Positions 8,634 to 18,356 are shown, counted from the first letter of the stretch. The stretch: DNA of 53,977 nt from Verrucomicrobiales bacterium (GCA_003506995.1 DNXB01000044.1:1-53977); one strand, 5' to 3'. The notes: a model not told the origin generated them from the sequence alone. Numbers and translations are program-made.

Positions 8634-10109
8634 ATGACCGCCTACCAATCTCTCTGCGACGTTGTTTCTGAAATCGCCCTGATCACCTCCACGGAGTCCG
8701 TTTTGGGCTGGGATCAGGAGACTTACATGCCGGAGAAGGCGCTGGAGCATCGGGCGCGGCAGTTGTCGTATCTTACGGGGAAGGCGCATGGGCTGCTGAC
8801 ATCGAAGAAGACGCTGAAGCTGCTGGAACGGGCGGAGACGGAGATGCCGGAGGATGCGACGCAGGCAGCGAACGTGCGCGGCTTGCGGCGTGACATCGAC
8901 CGGGCGACGAAGCTGCCGCAGAAGCTCGTGGAGGAGGAAAGTCAGGTCACAACGCTGGCAAAGGCGGCATGGGTGGAGGCGCGGTCGAAGTCGGATTTCG
9001 CGATGTTCGCGCCGCATCTGGAGAAGGTGCTCACCATCGCGCGGAAGAAGGCGGATTTGTTTGGCTACGAGGACGAGCCGTATGACGCGCTGCTTGATTT
9101 GTATGAGCGTGGTGCCAAGACACGCGAGGTGGCGGCGCTGTTTGCCAAATTGCGGCCGCAACTTGCGGAGATTGCGCGTGAGGCAGTGGCGAAGTCGAAG
9201 AAGGTGAAGCCGGGCGTGCTCAAGGGGCGCTATCCCATCGAGAAGCAGCAGATTTTGAATCGCGAGATCGCGGTGAGCCTCGGTTTTGACTTCGAGGCGG
9301 GACGCATCGACACGACGGCTCATCCGTTTTGCACCACGCTCGGTCCTGGCGACGTGCGACTGACCACTCGGTATGATGAAAGCGATTTTCTGTCGTCGCT
9401 CTTCGGCGTGATGCACGAGGCGGGGCACGGCTTGTATGAGCAGGGCTTGCCGGGGCTGGATTACGGCCTGCCTAGCGGTTCAGCGGCATCGCTGGGCATC
9501 CACGAGTCGCAAAGCCGGCTGTGGGAGAATCATGTGGGCCGCAGCCGCACGTTTTGGGCGAAGTGGCTGCCGCGTGCGAAGGAGCTGTTCCCGCATTTGA
9601 AGAAAGTGAAGCTGGATGCCTTCATGAAGGAGATGCTGCGCAGTGAATTCAGCTTCATCCGCGTGGAGGCGGACGAGGCGACGTATGATCTGCACATTCT
9701 GCTGCGCTTCGGCATCGAGCGTCGTCTGGTGAAGGGCGAACTGGCGGTGAAGGACGTGCCGAAGGTGTGGAATGAGGAGTATCGCGAGCTGTTCGGCATG
9801 ACACCGCCGGATGATCGTCGCGGCTGCTTGCAGGACATTCACTGGAGCATGGGCGGGCTCGGTTATTTCGCGACCTACACGCTGGGGAACCTGAACGCGG
9901 CGCAGTTGTTCGCCACGGCGAAGAAGCAGCGGAAAATCGCCACAGCGCTCGAGAAGTGCGATTACGCGCCGCTGCTCAAGTGGCTGCGTGAGAATGTGCA
10001 TTCGCAAGGCGGCGCGTTGCTGCCGCAGGAAATCATCACGCAGGCGACGGGCAAGCCGACGGATGCGAAGTGGCACATCAAGCACCTGCGGGAGCGGTAT
10101 GTCGGCTAG
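8634..10109 (+). CDS. M32 family carboxypeptidase (Taq-type)
   Basis: LGWDQETYMP, HPFC, DVRLTTRY, HEAGHGLYEQG, HESQS, IRVEADE, GCLQDIHW, GYFATY. Confidence 0.95.
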   Translation: MTAYQSLCDVVSEIALITSTESVLGWDQETYMPEKALEHRARQLSYLTGKAHGLLTSKKTLKLLERAETEMPEDATQAANVRGLRRDIDRATKLPQKLVEEESQVTTLAKAAWVEARSKSDFAMFAPHLEKVLTIARKKADLFGYEDEPYDALLDLYERGAKTREVAALFAKLRPQLAEIAREAVAKSKKVKPGVLKGRYPIEKQQILNREIAVSLGFDFEAGRIDTTAHPFCTTLGPGDVRLTTRYDESDFLSSLFGVMHEAGHGLYEQGLPGLDYGLPSGSAASLGIHESQSRLWENHVGRSRTFWAKWLPRAKELFPHLKKVKLDAFMKEMLRSEFSFIRVEADEATYDLHILLRFGIERRLVKGELAVKDVPKVWNEEYRELFGMTPPDDRRGCLQDIHWSMGGLGYFATYTLGNLNAAQLFATAKKQRKIATALEKCDYAPLLKWLRENVHSQGGALLPQEIITQATGKPTDAKWHIKHLRERYVG

Positions 10110-10678
10110 GGCTTGAGATGATCAGAAAGCAGATCGCGCAGCAGCTTGCGAGCACGGTAGAGGCGGAGTTCGACGGCTTTTTCACTCGTGTCCTGCACGC
10201 GGGCGATCTCGGCGTGGCTCAGGCCGTGCCAGGTGGAGAGGATGAGCACCTCGCGCATGTCCTGCGGGAGCTCTGCGACGGCCTTTTGGATGGCGGCGAC
10301 GCGCTCGTTGGCGATGGTTTGCTCGTCGGGTAATGCGTTGTTGGCCGCGACGGGCAGTTCGCTGAGGTTTTCGTGCCCGAGCAGTGTTTCGGGATGGCGT
10401 CCGCGCCAGCGGGCGTGATTACGGGCGAGGTTGGTGGCGATGGCGAAGAGCCAGGTGGAGAATTTTTGTGAGGAACGATACTCCAGCCGGTGGCGATACA
10501 CGCGGACGAAAGTTTCCTGCGTGAGGTCTTGAGCCGTGGACCCGTTGCTGGTGAGGCGGGTGAGGTAGGCGATGAGCGGCTGGCTCCAGGTGTCCATGAG
10601 CCGGTTGAGGGCGAGATCATCCCCCTCGGCGAGGCAGCGCATGAGTTCGATGTCGAATTCGTCCCGGTCGCGTGTCAT
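10106..10678 (-). CDS. ECF sigma-70 factor (CnrH/NccH-like context)
   Basis: AQDLTQETFVRVY and FSTWLFAIATN (region 2); LSHAEIA...VELRLYRARK (region 4). Confidence 0.92.
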   Translation of the reverse strand: MTRDRDEFDIELMRCLAEGDDLALNRLMDTWSQPLIAYLTRLTSNGSTAQDLTQETFVRVYRHRLEYRSSQKFSTWLFAIATNLARNHARWRGRHPETLLGHENLSELPVAANNALPDEQTIANERVAAIQKAVAELPQDMREVLILSTWHGLSHAEIARVQDTSEKAVELRLYRARKLLRDLLSDHLKP

Positions 10679-11151
10679 CGGCGGATGCTGGAGGAGACGC
10701 GGCGGTCATGCTCGCGGCGTTGCTGCTGAAGAATGGGCAGGATGTCGTCGAGAAAACGTCTGCCCTGTTCGGGCGGCATGAGCGCGGCCACCTGGTTCAA
10801 GTGGTCGGTGGCGGCTTTTTCGCAGTCGCCGCACAGCGCCTGCTCTTTGCTGAGCTGGTCGTCGATGCTGCCGGGCTGGCGATTGCGGTGACGCGCGCGC
10901 CAGAGCAGCGGGCGATCGGCGGCGTCGAGCTGGCGGCACATCTTCGTGCATTGCATGAAGTAATCGCGATGCAGGGTGCTGACGCGCTCGAACGTGGCGT
11001 CGTCGAGGTGGTATTCGTCCTTGAGCCAGCGCAGGCCGACCTCCTGCGGAGATTCGCGCGGACGCAGGCTCTCACGCGTGATCCACATGGCCGCTCCGGC
11101 AAGCGCCAGGGTGATGAAGGCAAAGCCGATGAGTCGTCCCGCAGGTGTCAT
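10675..11151 (-). CDS. Periplasmic heavy-metal sensor-like protein (CnrX/NccX/Spy-CpxP-like)
   Basis: N-terminal TM helix, WLKDEYHL, HRDYFMQCTKMC, C..CE...TDHL...MPPEQGRRF; overlaps the sigma gene start. Confidence 0.7.
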   Translation of the reverse strand: MTPAGRLIGFAFITLALAGAAMWITRESLRPRESPQEVGLRWLKDEYHLDDATFERVSTLHRDYFMQCTKMCRQLDAADRPLLWRARHRNRQPGSIDDQLSKEQALCGDCEKAATDHLNQVAALMPPEQGRRFLDDILPILQQQRREHDRRVSSSIRR

Positions 11152-11153
11152 GA

Positions 11154-11459
11154 TCAACGGCCTCCAAGGTGGTTTGGGTCAAAGGGGCTGATCGACATCA
11201 CATAGGCATCGTGCGGATTGAGCTCTTCCGGCGGGTGGGTGAGCCCCCAGGCGACCGCCATGGCGACGGCGATGGCGAGGATGACGACCTCGCGCTTCGG
11301 GCGCAGCAGCCACCAGGCAAAACGCTCGACCCAGCCGGGGTCGCGTGTCTCGGAGGCGATGCGCCGCCAGACCTCACGACGGAAGTCTGGCGGTGTCTCG
11401 GCCTGCACCTGCCACTGCGCGAGCAGATCATCGAGCGGATCGGGATCGTCGGCTTTCAT
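11154..11459 (-). CDS. Membrane-anchored putative anti-sigma factor (CnrY-like position)
   Basis: DPLDDLLAQW...PPDFRREVWRRI, then one TM helix, then AYVMSISP. Start ATG at 11459. Confidence 0.65.
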   Translation of the reverse strand: MKADDPDPLDDLLAQWQVQAETPPDFRREVWRRIASETRDPGWVERFAWWLLRPKREVVILAIAVAMAVAWGLTHPPEELNPHDAYVMSISPFDPNHLGGR

Positions 11460-11506
11460 GGAAGGTGCAGCTTGCGGTTTTGGGGAGGAAGCAGTCGGGT
11501 CATGCG

Positions 11507-11749
11507 TTACCGCTGACCATATACGTCGATCCAGGCGAGGCCTGACTTGGTGCCCTGCGGGTGGAAATAACGGCGTCCAAGATACACACCATCGACTTCC
11601 TTCATCGACCCGCCGGAGGGATGGCTGGCACGGGTGAGCACTGGCTTGCCATTGTAGGTCTGCGTCAGACTCGGCACGTTGGGACGACCGGCACAGGACA
11701 CGGAGGCGAGGGTGGAGAGGGCGAGGAGGGTGTAAACAATGGGCTTCAT
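11507..11749 (-). CDS. Small lipoprotein, first gene of the ECF operon
   Basis: MKPIVYTLLALSTLASVSC has a lipobox-like signal; 80 aa; preceded by an AC-rich leader. Confidence 0.65.
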   Translation of the reverse strand: MKPIVYTLLALSTLASVSCAGRPNVPSLTQTYNGKPVLTRASHPSGGSMKEVDGVYLGRRYFHPQGTKSGLAWIDVYGQR

Positions 11750-11816
11750 GGTTGGGTTTGGGGTTGGTTGAATGAGCCGTCCAAATGGACCTGCTCATCT
11801 CGTGCTACCCCGAACC

Positions 11817-11842
11817 CACGCGCATCCCTCAAAAAAAGTTCC
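11817..11842 (-). promoter_or_regulatory. Candidate ECF-sigma promoter GGAAC-N17-CGTG upstream of the lipoprotein/anti-sigma/sensor/ECF operon
   Basis: Minus strand reads GGAAC TTTTTTTGAGGGATGCG CGTG, resembling generic ECF -35/-10 spacing; not validated. Confidence 0.3.
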
Positions 11843-11847
11843 AGCCC

Positions 11848-12486
11848 TCAATTTTCCCGCCGCATGTGCCGGATGAGGCCGATCATGACGCCTTGAATCG
11901 TCAGCTCTCGCGCTGGAATGAGATCGGGGAACTCGGGGTTCTCGGCCTTGAGAAAGGGCTGCGTGTCTTTGACGAAGTAGCGCTTGAGCGTCGTTTCGCC
12001 GTCGATGAGCGCGGCGACGATGTCACGAGGGCGCGGCTCGCGGATTTCGAGGATGACGAGGTCGCCGTCGCCGATGAGGGCGCCGATCATGGACTCGCCA
12101 CGCACCTTGAGGGCGAAGCTTTTCGCGCTACGCGGGATGCCGAGGGTGTTCACATCGACGGAGATGCATTTCTCGGCGTGCTGCACCATGTCCGCCGCGG
12201 CCATGCCGGCTGGGATTTGGCCGAAGACGGGAATGTCGATGATTTCGGCGCGGTCGAGATCCGCAGGAAAGACGACGGCGCGGGCCTTGTGCGCATGGCG
12301 CTGGATGACGCCTTTCTTTTCCAGAGCACGAAGGTGGCTCATGGCGGCGGTCTGGCTGGAGAAGCCGAAGTGGCGCTGGATGTCGCGCGTGGAGGGCATG
12401 ACGCCCTCGGTGCGCTGGTAGCTGCGGAGGTAGTCGAGCAGCTCCTGCTGGCGGGCGGTGAGACGGGTGTCGGTGTCGAGCATCAT
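11848..12486 (-). CDS. lexA: SOS repressor LexA
   Basis: LTARQQELLDYL...PSTRDIQRHFGFSS winged HTH; IPAG cleavage site; VRGESM catalytic Ser; TLKRY catalytic Lys. Confidence 0.95.
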   Translation of the reverse strand: MMLDTDTRLTARQQELLDYLRSYQRTEGVMPSTRDIQRHFGFSSQTAAMSHLRALEKKGVIQRHAHKARAVVFPADLDRAEIIDIPVFGQIPAGMAAADMVQHAEKCISVDVNTLGIPRSAKSFALKVRGESMIGALIGDGDLVILEIREPRPRDIVAALIDGETTLKRYFVKDTQPFLKAENPEFPDLIPARELTIQGVMIGLIRHMRREN

Positions 12487-12500
12487 GGCGGCGAATTGGC

Positions 12501-12514
12501 TGTTCGGGCGAACA
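12501..12514. promoter_or_regulatory. LexA box TGTTC-GGGC-GAACA
   Basis: Perfect match to the Verrucomicrobia LexA motif TGTTC-N4-GAACA, about 15 bp upstream of lexA. A degenerate second site, TGTTCACAAGACA, begins at 12519. Confidence 0.85.
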
Positions 12515-12577
12515 TTCCTGTTCACAAGACATGCGCAAGGAGTTTTCCTGCGGCGCTTTCTGCGCATGGTCGCGGGC

Positions 12578-13249
12578 ATGAGGTTCCTAACTTTGATGAA
12601 AATCGCCGCGCTGCCGCTGCTGGCCCTGTCTGGTCATGCCCAGGAGAACGCGCCGATGACCCCGGCCGACATGAACAAAACGGGCATGCTGCCGCCGCAC
12701 ACGAAGGTGCTGGGGGAACGCGCCGTGGAGGCCTTTGCGAAGAAGGACTGGGCCGGCGCCCGCAAAGCCTACCTGGAGATGCTGGAACTCGACGATGGCA
12801 ACGCGCTCATCTGGGCCAACCTCGGCGCGGTGGAGCAGCAGGCGGGCGAAACGAAGCGCGCCATCGAGTGCTTTGAGAAGTCGGTGCAGTTCAACCCCAG
12901 GCTCGCGCCTTCATGGACGGCGCTGGGGCTGCTGCTGCAAAGACAGGGTGACATCTACCGGGCGATCTCCTGCTTCACACGGGCGATTCACGAGGAGCCG
13001 GAGGACGCGCGGGCGCACAACTTCCTGGCGATCACAATGAAGGAATTCGGCTGGACGGACGCGGCGGAGGCCGAGCTGCAAAAGGCGATTGATCTGAAGC
13101 CGGACTACGGCATCGCGCATTTCAACCTGGCGCTCATGCTGCTGGAACGCCGTCCACCGGCGATCGAGCTGGCACGGCGTCACTATGACAAGGCGCTGAG
13201 GCTCGGCGTGGGGAAGGATGACGTGGTGGAGCGCCGCCTGAAGGAATAA
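12578..13249 (+). CDS. Exported tetratricopeptide-repeat protein
   Basis: Signal peptide, then TPR motifs (WANLGAV...A...FEKSV..NP, WTALG, AHNFLA, AHFNLA). Confidence 0.85.
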   Translation: MRFLTLMKIAALPLLALSGHAQENAPMTPADMNKTGMLPPHTKVLGERAVEAFAKKDWAGARKAYLEMLELDDGNALIWANLGAVEQQAGETKRAIECFEKSVQFNPRLAPSWTALGLLLQRQGDIYRAISCFTRAIHEEPEDARAHNFLAITMKEFGWTDAAEAELQKAIDLKPDYGIAHFNLALMLLERRPPAIELARRHYDKALRLGVGKDDVVERRLKE

Positions 13250-13254
13250 ACCGC

Positions 13255-14424
13255 ATGGACTCCTGGAACATCGCCGCACGGCTCGATGAACTGCGCGCAC
13301 AGGGCCTGTGGCGCGAGCTGCGACCGCTGGACGAGGTTGACGGCGTGATCGTGCGCTCCGGTGGGCGCGAGTGGGTGAATTTTTCCTCGAACGACTATCT
13401 CGGCCTGGCGAACTCGCCGAACATCCGTGCCGCGCTGGAAGAAGGCGTGGCCAGACACGGCGGCGGAGCAGGCGCCTCGCGTCTGGTGTGCGGCACGCAT
13501 CGCGCGCATCTCGATCTGGAGGAAGCGCTGGCGGATTTCAAAGGCACCGAGGCCGCGCTGACCTTCAGCAGCGGCTTTGCGGTGGCGCTGGGAACGATCC
13601 CGGCGCTCATGGGGCCGGGGGACACGATCATTCTCGACAAGCTGTGTCACGCCTGCCTCGTCGATGCGGCGCGTCTGAGCGGGGCGACGATCCGTGTGTT
13701 TCCGCACAATCATTTGGAAAAGCTCGAACGCCTGCTCGGCACGGCAAAAGGGCGCGTGCTCGTCGTCACCGAGTCGATCTTCAGCATGGATGGCGATGCC
13801 GCGCCGCTGCGGGAGATCGTCGAGCTCAAATCAAAGCATGGGGCCTGGCTGCTGGTGGACGAGGCCCACGCCGTGGGAGTGCTCGGGCCGCAAGGACGCG
13901 GCCTGGCGGCAGAACTCGGTGTGGACCAGCAGATCGAGCTGCACATGGGCACGCTGAGCAAGGCATTCGGCCTCAGCGGCGGCTACCTCGCCGCGTCACG
14001 GCAGGTCATCGACCTGCTGGTCAACCGGGCGCGCAGTTTCATTTACACCACGGCCCCGCCGCCGCACCTGGCGCATGCGGCGCTCGCGACGCTGAATCTT
14101 TTGCGTGGTGAGCAGGGCGATGCTTTGCGAAAGGCGCTGCATCGAAATGCGCAGGCATTGCTTCCGATCCTGCACGGCAGCGAAGTGAAAGCGGCGATTC
14201 TGCCCCTGATTCTCGGCACGGAGGCGGCGGCCATGGCGGCCAGTCAGACGCTGAACGCGGCTGGATTTCTCGTGCCCTGCATCCGCTATCCCACCGTGGC
14301 ACGCGGCAGCGCCAGATTGCGATTCACCGTCAGCGCGTCACACAACATGGCGCAAATCGACGCATTGAAGCAGGCGCTCAAGACTTTGACGGTGGATGGA
14401 ATGCCGCAAACAAGCGCCTTGTGA
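13255..14424 (+). CDS. bioF: 8-amino-7-oxononanoate synthase
   Basis: NFSSNDYLGL, GAGASRLVCG, SIFSMDGD, VDEAH, GTLSKAFG (PLP Lys), IRYPTV..GSARLR. Confidence 0.85.
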   Translation: MDSWNIAARLDELRAQGLWRELRPLDEVDGVIVRSGGREWVNFSSNDYLGLANSPNIRAALEEGVARHGGGAGASRLVCGTHRAHLDLEEALADFKGTEAALTFSSGFAVALGTIPALMGPGDTIILDKLCHACLVDAARLSGATIRVFPHNHLEKLERLLGTAKGRVLVVTESIFSMDGDAAPLREIVELKSKHGAWLLVDEAHAVGVLGPQGRGLAAELGVDQQIELHMGTLSKAFGLSGGYLAASRQVIDLLVNRARSFIYTTAPPPHLAHAALATLNLLRGEQGDALRKALHRNAQALLPILHGSEVKAAILPLILGTEAAAMAASQTLNAAGFLVPCIRYPTVARGSARLRFTVSASHNMAQIDALKQALKTLTVDGMPQTSAL

Positions 14425-14428
14425 CGGC

Positions 14429-14848
14429 TTACTTGGCGGGCGTTGGCTTCTTTTGCTGCTCGTCCTTTTGGACCTTCAAGGAAGGCACCTGTTCTTTGGG
14501 AATAATCCTGACTTTCCCGTCTTGGAGGGGCGGCGCGGCTGGCGGCACGGGGTTTTTGTCCTCGTTGGGAAGAATGAGCACCGGCTCGCTTTTTTTGAGC
14601 TTCTGCGAATCCGGCAGTTGATGATGCCGACGGATCGTCAACACCCGCGCCGTTTCACCGGATGTGACAGCGGCTGCGGGGGCTTTCACCACCGTGGCCG
14701 GCCTCACCTTGGGAGCATTGATCTGCGCGGGAGACAGGCCAGGAATGGCCCTGGGCACCAGCTTCACCGGTTCCGCTGACGGCATCTGATCAATGGCCGT
14801 CAGACAACAAGCGCAAACCAACCATCCGCAGATGGCGGGCGAAGGCAT
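14429..14848 (-). CDS. Hypothetical Pro/Lys-rich protein
   Basis: Only plausible ORF in the gap; low complexity; start uncertain. Confidence 0.4.
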   Translation of the reverse strand: MPSPAICGWLVCACCLTAIDQMPSAEPVKLVPRAIPGLSPAQINAPKVRPATVVKAPAAAVTSGETARVLTIRRHHQLPDSQKLKKSEPVLILPNEDKNPVPPAAPPLQDGKVRIIPKEQVPSLKVQKDEQQKKPTPAK

Positions 14849-14949
14849 GAGCAATGAGCGCACACCCGTGCGCCCGCTTGCCGAAGGGCGTGGATTCTGA
14901 TGGCTGGAATTTGGGCTCATGGCTGAACCTTAACGTCTTTCTCCGTCCA

Positions 14950-15561
14950 TTAAAACCGCGAAGATGCCAGGATCTGCAAGGCTCGCTGACGCGCCGCCTG
15001 GATTTCCTCCTTGTTCAGCTCCGTGCCGCGCAGGCCGGGGGCCATGAGGCATTGGCGGTCCTCCCGGTGTTTCAAGGTCAGCGCATGGCCCAGCTCATGC
15101 GCGGCCACACGGCCCACCGGATGCTCCGAGCCACCGCGCACACGCGTCGAGGTCGTCACCTCGCTGACGACGACCGGCTCACCGTAGTAGAAACCGTTGG
15201 GCCCCATGTCATGGATGAAGCACACGTTCAAAACCCCGGAAACCAACTGGTCCATCGGCAGGGCCTCCTTCACCCAGTTACGCGAGCGTTGGAAGAAGCG
15301 CTTGGGGGCGATGTTCAGCGCCTGCATCTCACGGATGCCCTTCACCTCGAAACGAATGCCCGCCGGAGCCCAGATGCGGTTCACCTCGGTGAAGACCGCC
15401 TGGATCTCGCTCTCGGTGATGGTGCTTTGCAGCCAGGGATGCACCGCCGACCGCACCCGATGCACCTGCACCGGCAGCGTGACCAGTTCTGGCTGTTCCT
15501 GCGCCGGCAGCAGGGCCGAAAAGAGCAGGCATGAGATGAAAACACGGAACATGACGCGCAT
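14950..15561 (-). CDS. Secreted metzincin-type zinc metallopeptidase
   Basis: Signal peptide; VNRIWAPAGIRF; AAHELGHALTLKH zinc motif followed by a CLM Met-turn. Confidence 0.8.
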   Translation of the reverse strand: MRVMFRVFISCLLFSALLPAQEQPELVTLPVQVHRVRSAVHPWLQSTITESEIQAVFTEVNRIWAPAGIRFEVKGIREMQALNIAPKRFFQRSRNWVKEALPMDQLVSGVLNVCFIHDMGPNGFYYGEPVVVSEVTTSTRVRGGSEHPVGRVAAHELGHALTLKHREDRQCLMAPGLRGTELNKEEIQAARQRALQILASSRF

Positions 15562-15663
15562 GCTGGATGACTAGCGCCAGGAAGAGAAAGCTGCAATCCT
15601 CACTCACCGGCGTTTCATTTTGCGCTTCACGAATGAACGAGTGTAGGCCATGATCTGCGGGTC

Positions 15664-17355
15664 ATGGCCTCCTTGCTTTCCTCACTCTGCGGCACCTGCG
15701 GCCGGAATTATCAGTCATTGATGCTGCGGGCCGCGAAGGCGGGCGGGCCGCTTTCGGGAATGGTCGGGCTGGCAGCGGATCTGGGCACGCCGGTGGCGAA
15801 TTTTATTCTCTGGCTCACGATCGGAGCGGGGTGCCTGACGGTGATCGCGGGCCTGTTGTGGTTCGGCGGGCATCAGCGCCAAATGCGACGTGCGATGGCG
15901 GATGGAAAGGTGACGCAGGAGGAACTCGAGCAGGCCACGGAGCACAATGTGTGGAGCGTGAGCTTTGCCTTTGGGCTCGTTTCGACGGTGGTGCTGTGCC
16001 TGTTCATGGGCGCACAAAAACTCGCGGCCGAGGAGGACAAAGGCGTGCTCGCCACGCTCGTCCCCGCGCTGGAACAGATGCAGAAATCGTTGTTCAAGAT
16101 CGAGAAGGACGTGGTGGCGGTCAAAGAGACGACCGAGCGCATCGAAACCAAGACCGACCAGGTGCTCACCAAGCTGGAGGACATGAGCGCGGTGTTTGAG
16201 CAGGCCGCGAAAAGCGGCGCGATCATCGCCAATGCCTCGACTCCGGCGGAGCATTACCACAACGCGCGCATGTTCGAGCTGAAGTCCGACTTCGCCAGCG
16301 CCCGCAAGAGCTACAACGCCTACCTGGCGAGCGGCGTGGACTTCATCGACCCGTATCTGGCCTACACCGACATGCTGAAAGTGCAGGACGGCCTGGAAGG
16401 CGCGCGTGAGGTCGTGGCGGCGATGCGGAAGAACAACACGAGCACGAGTTTGGAGATCGCGGCGGCGCTGTTGCTGCCGAAGGAGCAGCGCATTGCCGCT
16501 TTGAGGCAAGGCGTCGAGAAACACGCGGATTTCGCCCCGGCGGTGTATCTGCTGAGCCGTGAGTTTTCCGTGGAAAAGCTGGGCGAGCAGACCCTGGCCG
16601 ACAAACGCGAGGAAAAGACGCTGCTGGAGCAATTCCGCACATTGGACGGCGCAGGGAAGTTCCAGCGCTTCGTGATGGACAAGAAGCAGGCGAAAATCTG
16701 GCTCGATGATGCCGAAGTCCGTCTCGCGAAACTCGCGGCGATGCCCGCCGCCGTTTTGGAGAATCCGGTGACGCTTTCAGCGAACCAATCGAACCAGGGC
16801 TGGATGCTCACGCTGGGCTTCGCCGACTACAAAATCAAAAACGTCGAGTACAAGCTCGACGGCGCGGGCGAGTTCAAGTCCACCGGCTTCGCCAACATGA
16901 CCAATCCGCAGACCGGTCTGCCGATGCCGTCGCAGACCATCATGGTTGCCACACTTGCTCCCGGCGAGCACACGCTGGAAGTCCGCTACACCGACATGAC
17001 GGACAAGGTGAACGGCCCCTTCGTTTTGAAGCTGAACACCGCCGATGCCGCGCTCAAGGCCGGCAAAAACATGCTGGACATGACCGCCACCTCCTGGCTG
17101 AGCATTCAGAACGGCAATGTCTATTTCACCGGTGTGCTCACGCATCGAGGCATCCTCAAATCCATCCGCTACTCGTTCGACAGCGAAAAACTCGACCAGG
17201 AGTTTCCCTTCTCTCCGCCAAAGCCTGGCGATGGCCCGTATGAGATCGGTGATGGCCTGCCTTACCTCAAAGCACCGGATGGCTTGAAGTTCGTGGCGCT
17301 GCAATTGACTTTCGTGGACGGCACGCAGTCGGAGGTGAAGAAGTATCCAAAGTAG
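15664..17355 (+). CDS. Membrane-anchored hypothetical protein with coiled-coil, TPR-like and C-terminal beta-rich domains
   Basis: Two N-terminal TM segments, a heptad region (LEQMQKSLFKIEKDV...), helical repeats and a beta-rich tail; coding-like codon usage. Confidence 0.75.
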   Translation: MASLLSSLCGTCGRNYQSLMLRAAKAGGPLSGMVGLAADLGTPVANFILWLTIGAGCLTVIAGLLWFGGHQRQMRRAMADGKVTQEELEQATEHNVWSVSFAFGLVSTVVLCLFMGAQKLAAEEDKGVLATLVPALEQMQKSLFKIEKDVVAVKETTERIETKTDQVLTKLEDMSAVFEQAAKSGAIIANASTPAEHYHNARMFELKSDFASARKSYNAYLASGVDFIDPYLAYTDMLKVQDGLEGAREVVAAMRKNNTSTSLEIAAALLLPKEQRIAALRQGVEKHADFAPAVYLLSREFSVEKLGEQTLADKREEKTLLEQFRTLDGAGKFQRFVMDKKQAKIWLDDAEVRLAKLAAMPAAVLENPVTLSANQSNQGWMLTLGFADYKIKNVEYKLDGAGEFKSTGFANMTNPQTGLPMPSQTIMVATLAPGEHTLEVRYTDMTDKVNGPFVLKLNTADAALKAGKNMLDMTATSWLSIQNGNVYFTGVLTHRGILKSIRYSFDSEKLDQEFPFSPPKPGDGPYEIGDGLPYLKAPDGLKFVALQLTFVDGTQSEVKKYPK

Positions 17356-17422
17356 TGGTGAGCTTCAGCTCGCTCATGGCGCTGCGCGTGCGGGGGAAGC
17401 ACGAGCTAAAGCTCATGACTAC
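17352..17422. repeat. GTAG-type REP doublet between convergent genes
   Basis: + strand GTAG-TGGTGAGCT-TC-AGCTCGC; - strand GTAG-TCATGAGCT-TT-AGCTCGTG. Each GTAG contains the stop codon of the adjacent gene. Confidence 0.75.
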
Positions 17423-18303
17423 TTTGGCCGTTCCGAAGGCTTCCAGTCGCCCGGTTTTTCCTCGCGAATGTCCAGCAATGCGATGCCCGGACGCGTGAAC
17501 TCGATGCGGCGCTGCTTGTAAAGCGAACCCAGGGCTTGTTTGAAGGCCTTCTTGCTCGCTTCAAAGTGATTGCGAATCACCTCGGGCGGGCTGTCATCAT
17601 CGAAGTCGAGTTTGCCGCCGTTGTTTTTCAGCGCTTCGAGAATGCGGTCTGTCAGCGATGCGACCCGTTGATAACCGGACGCGTCAAGGCTGAGGTCGAT
17701 CTTCCCGCTGGGATAAACCGCGCTCACGAAACCGTTGAGCTGCTGCCCCACCTGCAATGGAGCACCGACATTCGAATGGTAGAGCAGCCCGACATGCGTG
17801 CCCTCGACAATCGCGTTATAGCCCAGCGGTGTGCGTGCGGTGATGAGGAGTGAGACCGGCTGCGCGGGTTTGAACGGCGGGCGTTGGCGGCTCAGATGCC
17901 GGTTCAACCGCGTGGTGGCGATGATGCGGTCCGTTTTTTCATCCAGCAGAATGTAGGCGACGACCTTGTCTCCCACCCGAACCGGGTCCGCCTGCTCGCG
18001 AAACGGCAACAGCAGGTCCTTCAGCAGTCCCCAGTTTAGGAAGGCACCGATATTGCGGTTCACGCTGACGACTTCCAGCGTCGCAAACTCGCCCACGGTG
18101 GCCAGCGGCGTCTCGGTCGTCGCCACCAGCCGGTCTTCCGAGTCGCGGTAGATGAACACATCCAGCGCATCCCCAAGGCTCGTCCCTTTCGGGATGTAGC
18201 GGTTCGGCAGCAGAATCTCCCCATGCTCGCCGCCATCCAGGTAAATGCCATGCGGCGTGCTGTGGAGGACGATGAGGGAGTTGCGTTTGCCAATCTGGGC
18301 CAT
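17419..18303 (-). CDS. cvfB: CvfB/YitL family S1 RNA-binding protein
   Basis: GIYLDGGE..EILLP, FIYRDSEDRLVATT, GAFLNWGL.KDLLLP, SKKAFKQALGSLYK. Confidence 0.9.
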   Translation of the reverse strand: MAQIGKRNSLIVLHSTPHGIYLDGGEHGEILLPNRYIPKGTSLGDALDVFIYRDSEDRLVATTETPLATVGEFATLEVVSVNRNIGAFLNWGLLKDLLLPFREQADPVRVGDKVVAYILLDEKTDRIIATTRLNRHLSRQRPPFKPAQPVSLLITARTPLGYNAIVEGTHVGLLYHSNVGAPLQVGQQLNGFVSAVYPSGKIDLSLDASGYQRVASLTDRILEALKNNGGKLDFDDDSPPEVIRNHFEASKKAFKQALGSLYKQRRIEFTRPGIALLDIREEKPGDWKPSERPK

Positions 18304-18356
18304 GAGCCCAAACTAGACGCGGAGCGGGATCAATCCAGCGGCTACTTCACCCCATG

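Noticed and set aside
13255-14424. Possibility that the alpha-oxoamine synthase is a serine palmitoyltransferase feeding the GT21 cluster
   Set aside because: Motifs (GAGASRLVCG, GTLSKAFG, IRYPTV) fit BioF, it lies about 18 kb from the cluster, and no ACP is adjacent. A phylogeny would be needed to reopen this.
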